Shown here: in pieces, positions 58,964 to 64,000 of the stretch
How the letters are laid out: each line of letters opens with the position of its first letter
Numbering within the stretch: position 1 is the first letter of the stretch
Virus record (IMG/VR): IMGVR_UViG_3300023184_000037
Coordinates: 64,001 to 128,000 of that record
Direction: 5' to 3' (one strand)
From: a virus
DNA length: 64,000 bases
Program-made: the position numbers and the translations under genes
The notes under the pieces: model-generated
Seen by the model: the letters and a program-made list of their open reading frames with translations, nothing else
Database searches by the model: none
Told to the model about the DNA's origin: nothing

Positions 58964-59914
58964 ATGATTCAAGCACTTTTTACAGAAAAATATCGTCCAA
59001 AGAATTTAGAAGATTTAATCCTTCCAGAACGTGTAATGTCGAAATTTGAAAATGGATTAACACAGAATATGTTATTAGCAGGTAGCCCAGGAACTGGTAA
59101 AACTTCAACTGCAAAGGCAATTGTTAACCAATTTGGATTACCATATCTTTATATCAATGCATCTACAGATACTTCAGTTGATGTAATCAGAACCCGAATC
59201 ACTGACTTCTGTTCAACGATGTCAATCCTAGATGACCAAGGAAAATTTAAAGTGGTAATATTAGATGAGGTTGATGGTGTATCTGACCAATTCTTTAAAG
59301 CACTTCGTGCAACGATGGAGCAGTTTGCAAGTAACTCAAGATTTATTGCAACTTGTAATTACGTTAATAAAATTCCAGACCCAATCCTTTCCCGTTTTGA
59401 AGTTATTAATTTTGACTTTGATAAATCAGAAGAGAATGAATTGACTAAGAAATATATTAGACGTGTTTATGAAATCTGTGGAAAAGAGGGAATGACAATT
59501 GAAAAACCAGCCCTTGTAGAATTTGTTAAAAGAAACTTTCCAGACCTTCGAAGCACTCTTAATAAATTGCAAGGTTACAAAACACAAGGTACTCAAAATA
59601 TTACACTCGATGACGTTAAGAAATTTAACTCAGTGTACAAGGATATGTTTGACCTGATTTTTAATCAAATGGACCCTGTAACAAACTACAAGTATATTGT
59701 AGGTGAATATTCAAATAGAGTTGATGATGTCTTACAGACACTTGGCCAAGAATTTATCGAATACATACAAACAGAAAAACCACAAAACGCTCGACACATT
59801 CCGCAAATTGCAATTTGTGTTGCAGAACACCAAGCACAAAGAACCTTGGTAATCGACCCGGTTATTACGTTACTTTCATGTACGTATAAAATACAAGAAA
59901 TTGTAAGAAATTAA
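58964..59914 (+). CDS. gp44: Clamp loader large subunit (T4 gp44/RFC-like)
   Basis: EKYRP, GSPGTGKTS, INAS, LDEVD, ILSRF, FPDLR; promoter GAAAC 58913. Confidence 0.92.
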   Translation: MIQALFTEKYRPKNLEDLILPERVMSKFENGLTQNMLLAGSPGTGKTSTAKAIVNQFGLPYLYINASTDTSVDVIRTRITDFCSTMSILDDQGKFKVVILDEVDGVSDQFFKALRATMEQFASNSRFIATCNYVNKIPDPILSRFEVINFDFDKSEENELTKKYIRRVYEICGKEGMTIEKPALVEFVKRNFPDLRSTLNKLQGYKTQGTQNITLDDVKKFNSVYKDMFDLIFNQMDPVTNYKYIVGEYSNRVDDVLQTLGQEFIEYIQTEKPQNARHIPQIAICVAEHQAQRTLVIDPVITLLSCTYKIQEIVRN

Positions 59915-59982
59915 AAAATAAATTGATAAAAGTTTTTCCGTGTCAAAACTTTTTATTATATTTACAAATAAATTATAGAACT

Positions 59983-61215
59983 ATGAAACTAGGAAAACAT
60001 ACACTTATTATCGATGGAAATTATTTTGTACATAGCAGACTTTTTGTACTTCCACGTCCTAAAAAAGAACAATTACTAGGAGACAGAGATGGCCAAGAGC
60101 AATTCATGCGTAAATTATGTATTGACTTTGCATCTGAAGTCAGAAAAATGACCCCTTTTGTCGATCAAATCGTAGTTGCAGTCGATTCAAAATCATGGCG
60201 TAAAGACCTATTTCCAACCGCAGAATATAAAGGTACTAGAGTTGCTGATAATTCAGTTAATTGGGAAAATGTATTTAATGTTTATACAGAGTTCCAAGAT
60301 ATTCTTGCAAAGCAGGGTGTTATTATACATAAAGTTCCTGGTGCCGAAGCAGACGATATTCTTTTTGGTTGGTCAACGCAATTAAACAATGAAGGTAAAA
60401 ATTGTATTGTTTGGACTGGTGACCGTGACCTTATTCAATTGGTTAATTATAATGAAGCCACTGATGCATACACCCTATGGTACTACAATTCTAAACGTAA
60501 ATTACTAGCATTTGAAGGTTTTGAAACCCTTATTAATAAACCTAATGAGGTAGAAATTTCTAATGATGACTTGTTATTTAACATGGGTTCTACTGATGTA
60601 TTAAATAGCCAACTAAAAGGTGATTTCATCAACTGGATTGCTAAAAATGGTGTAGAAATAGAAGAGATTAATTGTGATGATTTTATCTTCTCAAAAATCT
60701 TACAAGGTGACAAGAGCGATAACATTCAATCTGTAGTTTCATGGACTAAAAGAACTAGCACAGGTTCTATCCGAAACTATTCAATCACTGAAAAGCAGGC
60801 AATTCAAATCCTAGAAAAATATCGTGAAATTGAAGGTAACTTCCACATTGACCATTTCTTTTCAGAAGCACAGGTTAAAACTATAGTTGACATGATTCAT
60901 GAAGTTGTTGGTAAATCTACAATTGATGAAATCCGTTTGCGATTTAACCAAAATCTTGACTTAATGTTATTGCACTATAACACAATACCTGGTGGCATAC
61001 AAAAAGCAATATATAATGAAATTGAGAAAGATTTTACAGTTGAAACACGATTGACCGGATTAACTCAGATGGAAAAGATATTAGAAGGAACCCAGTGGAA
61101 TTCTAAAGCGGCTTCCGGAAGTGGAGCTCCTAAGAGTTTTGACCCATTTGCAACTCTTCAACTTGACAAAGTTTCTCAACAACCTGAAACTAAAAAAATA
61201 AACACATTATTTTAA
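59983..61215 (+). CDS. rnh: 5'-3' exonuclease / RNase H (T4 rnh-like)
   Basis: Start ATG 59983; IIDGN, SWRK, YKGTR, EADD, GDRDLIQL, GDKSDNI; early-type promoter 59942-59965. Confidence 0.85.
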   Translation: MKLGKHTLIIDGNYFVHSRLFVLPRPKKEQLLGDRDGQEQFMRKLCIDFASEVRKMTPFVDQIVVAVDSKSWRKDLFPTAEYKGTRVADNSVNWENVFNVYTEFQDILAKQGVIIHKVPGAEADDILFGWSTQLNNEGKNCIVWTGDRDLIQLVNYNEATDAYTLWYYNSKRKLLAFEGFETLINKPNEVEISNDDLLFNMGSTDVLNSQLKGDFINWIAKNGVEIEEINCDDFIFSKILQGDKSDNIQSVVSWTKRTSTGSIRNYSITEKQAIQILEKYREIEGNFHIDHFFSEAQVKTIVDMIHEVVGKSTIDEIRLRFNQNLDLMLLHYNTIPGGIQKAIYNEIEKDFTVETRLTGLTQMEKILEGTQWNSKAASGSGAPKSFDPFATLQLDKVSQQPETKKINTLF

Positions 61216-61392
61216 ATGAGCAACGAGGATATTTTAACTGAATTACTAATTGAAGCCCATGAAGAGGGTATTTTCGAAAAGGTTCTAGCTGAGGTAAACA
61301 AACTCAAGGAAACCCATATAATAACAAACAACGATAGACTTGAACTTTTTGAAAAAGCAATAAAACATGTTAGACGAAACAAAACTATTTGA
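61216..61392 (+). CDS. Small 58-aa hypothetical protein (below ORF-track cutoff)
   Basis: MSNEDILTELLIEAHEEGIFEKVLAEV...RNKTI fills the rnh-gp62 gap. Confidence 0.55.
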   Translation: MSNEDILTELLIEAHEEGIFEKVLAEVNKLKETHIITNNDRLELFEKAIKHVRRNKTI

Positions 61393-61795
61393 TTTCATAA
61401 AAATCCTATTCACAAAACCTGCTGAATACAAAAAAATAAGTAACCATAATAAGAAGCGACATCATTTCATGATTAATCGCTTCTTTTCGATTCAATACCC
61501 TGCAAATGCCCAATTATTTAATAAGAACGGGATTAATCCACTTGCAGTAATTGACAGTTGGTCCCTTGTGGCTGCCAGGTTTAAGAGTGTTCCTGGATGG
61601 ATTTACACTAAGACCAAAAAGTCCGAAAAAGAAGCAACTTCTAAAAGCAAATATATACCATCAGAAGAGGCCATCTCATTCTTTATGGAAAAGAATGAAA
61701 TTGGCAAGAGAGAATTTAAAGAACTTGAAAAATTTGCTAAAGAAGAACTTTACGCCTCACTTCAGAGGATAGAGAATTCGATGCAGGTATATTAA
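61367..61795 (+). CDS. gp62: Clamp loader small subunit (T4 gp62-like)
   Basis: LFDFIK, FMINRFFS, WIYTKTKK; near gp44. Confidence 0.55.
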   Translation: MLDETKLFDFIKILFTKPAEYKKISNHNKKRHHFMINRFFSIQYPANAQLFNKNGINPLAVIDSWSLVAARFKSVPGWIYTKTKKSEKEATSKSKYIPSEEAISFFMEKNEIGKREFKELEKFAKEELYASLQRIENSMQVY

Positions 61796-61802
61796 ACCGA
61801 CT

Positions 61803-62447
61803 ATGCAACAATTTGAATTTAGTTCGATGCCAACGGCGATCGACGTTACCCTGTACAAATATAATTATATTGACAATAAATTATGGGCACAAATCCAAAA
61901 CGACCTTGATTTTATCGAGCTTGGAAATGACTCAATAATGGTATCGTCATCTCAATTAAAAGTTATACTTGATAGATATTACCAGAACTCAATTAATAAA
62001 ATTAAATCAGTTGGTTCCGATTTCTTGCATAAAGAAATTAATACGGTCTATTTTCTTTTCCAAATCCTATTAGAGATGGAAAATCTGCAGTACATTAAGT
62101 TTACACTTAGTAAAGATAAAAAGTACTCCAGAATTGTAGAAACTAATGGGGTAAAAATGATTCAATTTAGTTTTAAACTTCTAACTGCAACTTTTAGACT
62201 TTTTGACCTATATGAAGATGACGAACTTCCATTGGTTAACCAAATTCTAGAAGAGCTCGATGTTCTAGAGCCTGGAGTGCCATACACCAGACTTAATGCA
62301 AAAGAACTTTATGATACAATACTTTTTTATCTTGAGGAAAAGGACCCAGAAGATATCGAAGCTGGAATAGTTACCGACATCTTGGATATACTTGAGGCTA
62401 AAATTGAGAAAGAGGACCCATTAATCTTATTGATTACCGACTACTAA
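61803..62447 (+). CDS. Hypothetical protein
   Basis: ORF only. Confidence 0.6.
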   Translation: MQQFEFSSMPTAIDVTLYKYNYIDNKLWAQIQNDLDFIELGNDSIMVSSSQLKVILDRYYQNSINKIKSVGSDFLHKEINTVYFLFQILLEMENLQYIKFTLSKDKKYSRIVETNGVKMIQFSFKLLTATFRLFDLYEDDELPLVNQILEELDVLEPGVPYTRLNAKELYDTILFYLEEKDPEDIEAGIVTDILDILEAKIEKEDPLILLITDY

Positions 62448-62481
62448 TATTTTTTGAATATATAAAGAAAAACGTTTAACT

Positions 62482-62889
62482 ATGAATTTCTTTAGTAATT
62501 TTGGTAAAAGAGAAGCATTAATCTATATTATTGTAGCACTTTGGGTAGGAATGGGACTTTTTGGAGCCTTTAAAGAGGCTAGTTTCACCGACCTTTCAAT
62601 ATATTTCGGATCCCTAACAGCATACGCTGCAACCTATATATGGGCTGAATCTAAAAGACCAAGCGACAAATCCGCAATCCTTAAAAAGGGACCAAATTCA
62701 CGAAAAGAGGTAATGATATATGTTATTGTTATTCTCTGGGCCATCGCAGGATGTGGAGCCATTTGGTTTAAGGCAAACCTGGGAGAACTTGCACTTTATT
62801 TTGTATCATTAACTGGATTTGTAGCATCTTGGATTGCCGGAGAAGTTTATAATCCACAAGATGAGGTAAATAAAAATAGAGAGCAATAA
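62482..62889 (+). CDS. Four-helix membrane protein with internal duplication (holin candidate)
   Basis: Two copies of (K/R)xExxIYxIVxLW...LxxYFxSLT; late promoter variant 62456. Confidence 0.5.
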   Translation: MNFFSNFGKREALIYIIVALWVGMGLFGAFKEASFTDLSIYFGSLTAYAATYIWAESKRPSDKSAILKKGPNSRKEVMIYVIVILWAIAGCGAIWFKANLGELALYFVSLTGFVASWIAGEVYNPQDEVNKNREQ

Positions 62890-64000
62890 TGGTAACCAAT
62901 TATACTGCAAATGAATATGGAGATTTTTTCGTAGCATCTATTCAGCAACCCTATCTTAATGTAACTAATGTTATCGACTGGGATATTGTTGTAGGTCTTA
63001 AAAAACCTAAAATGACCGGAAATGTTACAGGTTCTTCCGGATCCGTAAATGTTTACGGATATGCAACTCAATTTAACACAGCATTTGAAGTTGGAGATTC
63101 TATAATTATAGGAAACATTGTTTACGAAATTGATAATATTGTTAATGATTTTGAACTTTCTGTTACTGAACCAATTCAATTCAGTTTTACCAACGCACAA
63201 TATTATACAACTCCGGATGGGGTAAACTTTTTTGATTATGAATTTAGATGGTCTCAAACGGGTGGAGTTTTTTCTGAGTTTGCAGAACTTAATCATGGAA
63301 CCAATCCTGAAGATATTCAAGGTATAACATTTGACCCTACAAAACCACTCTATATTGATGTTAAAGCCGAAGTTGCTGGACTTGCAACTGGAAATAGTTT
63401 AACATTTCTTTCAATAGAATTTACTCTTGAAACAGATGCCGGAATTATCGAATCTTGTCCTAACTTCTGTACTGATTGTACCGACCCTTTTGCAATGAAC
63501 GGATGTGCAAATATCCAAGTGACATGTAATCCGACAAATCAATTTAATCCATACAATCTTACAAAATCAGTTAAAATTTACAAGCAACTTGTAAACATTG
63601 TTAATGGAATCTTTGGACATGATGTTACATACTTTAGAACTGAACCAGATGCAAGAACAACCGATGTTATTCTTATGGAATATTCATTACATAATGTTGT
63701 CGACAAGCAAACAATAAAAATACTGGTTCCAGACAATGAATTCCCGACCGAAGCACATACTTATGATATATTTGGAATTGAATTAGCAGATTTTGAAATT
63801 CATATAACTGCTGAGGAATTTGAAACACATTTTGGTGCCGGAAATTATCCAAGAAACAAGGACTACATGTTTATTCCAATCATTAATAAAATGTATGAGA
63901 TAAGTTCTATTGCCCTAGCCGATGAATTTAATAGAAGTCACTCATATTGGAAAGTTAAACTTGTTAAATATCAAGATCGTGGAGATGTTCTTAAAGGGCA
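62889..64000 (+). CDS. 5' part of a large neck protein (gp14-like domain after N-terminal extension); runs off window
   Basis: ATG 62889; GIFGHDVTYFRTE, IFGIELADFEIHITAEEFETHFG, DYMFIPIINKMYEI. Confidence 0.6.
   Translation, partial: MVTNYTANEYGDFFVASIQQPYLNVTNVIDWDIVVGLKKPKMTGNVTGSSGSVNVYGYATQFNTAFEVGDSIIIGNIVYEIDNIVNDFELSVTEPIQFSFTNAQYYTTPDGVNFFDYEFRWSQTGGVFSEFAELNHGTNPEDIQGITFDPTKPLYIDVKAEVAGLATGNSLTFLSIEFTLETDAGIIESCPNFCTDCTDPFAMNGCANIQVTCNPTNQFNPYNLTKSVKIYKQLVNIVNGIFGHDVTYFRTEPDARTTDVILMEYSLHNVVDKQTIKILVPDNEFPTEAHTYDIFGIELADFEIHITAEEFETHFGAGNYPRNKDYMFIPIINKMYEISSIALADEFNRSHSYWKVKLVKYQDRGDVLKG

Noticed and set aside
12809-59982. ORF-track starts at 12809, 14958, 36694, 41538, 42673 and 59923 (also 648)
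   Set aside because: They overlap promoters or upstream genes; downstream ATGs with A-rich leaders or the tag motif fit better
780-63320. Numerous short minus-strand ORFs (e.g. 992..1369, 20191..20697, 54102..54473, 62847..63320)
   Set aside because: Lie within well-supported + strand genes and show antisense-shadow composition
1-64000. Stop-codon reassignment as in some Bacteroidota phages
   Set aside because: Core genes are full-length in the standard code with dense packing; TAG and TGA both terminate genes

Overview
A 64 kb AT-rich segment of a large T4-like (myovirus, probably jumbo) phage genome. It is almost entirely + strand and reads with the standard code; no tRNA or CRISPR array was seen. 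The host is probably Bacteroidota (Flavobacteriia), inferred from A-rich leaders without Shine-Dalgarno sequences, TATATTTAC promoter-like boxes and a class Id-like ribonucleotide reductase. The window holds the T4-type replication and recombination core (gp32, primase, UvsY/W/X, clamp, clamp loader, gp41, gp46/47, RNase H, and a DNA polymerase B split into two genes 6.3 kb apart). It also holds head and neck genes (gp15, gp55-like sigma, gp4, gp2, portal, fused protease-scaffold, major capsid, gp14-like). Five accessory features stand out. (1) A candidate DNA hypermodification locus at 25.5-31.6 kb pairs myo-inositol-1-phosphate synthase, a HAD phosphatase, two FkbM methyltransferases and an SGNH-like protein with an aGPT-Pplase-type base transferase and a gp56-like dNTPase. 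(2) About 17 proteins share a T4 capsid-targeting-like MKHIxLFExFxNE tag, and two long polyproteins are built of modules joined by ES(L/VV)(N/T)E linkers that are also nucleotide repeats. (3) A DUF2828 (TROVE-like/vWA) gene is followed by two candidate stem-closed TACAGCAA RNAs. (4) Three promoter classes can be read from the sequence. (5) An inverted-repeat, divergent-promoter element upstream of gp32 may be an origin. All functional calls come from motif recognition by eye; no database searches were run.
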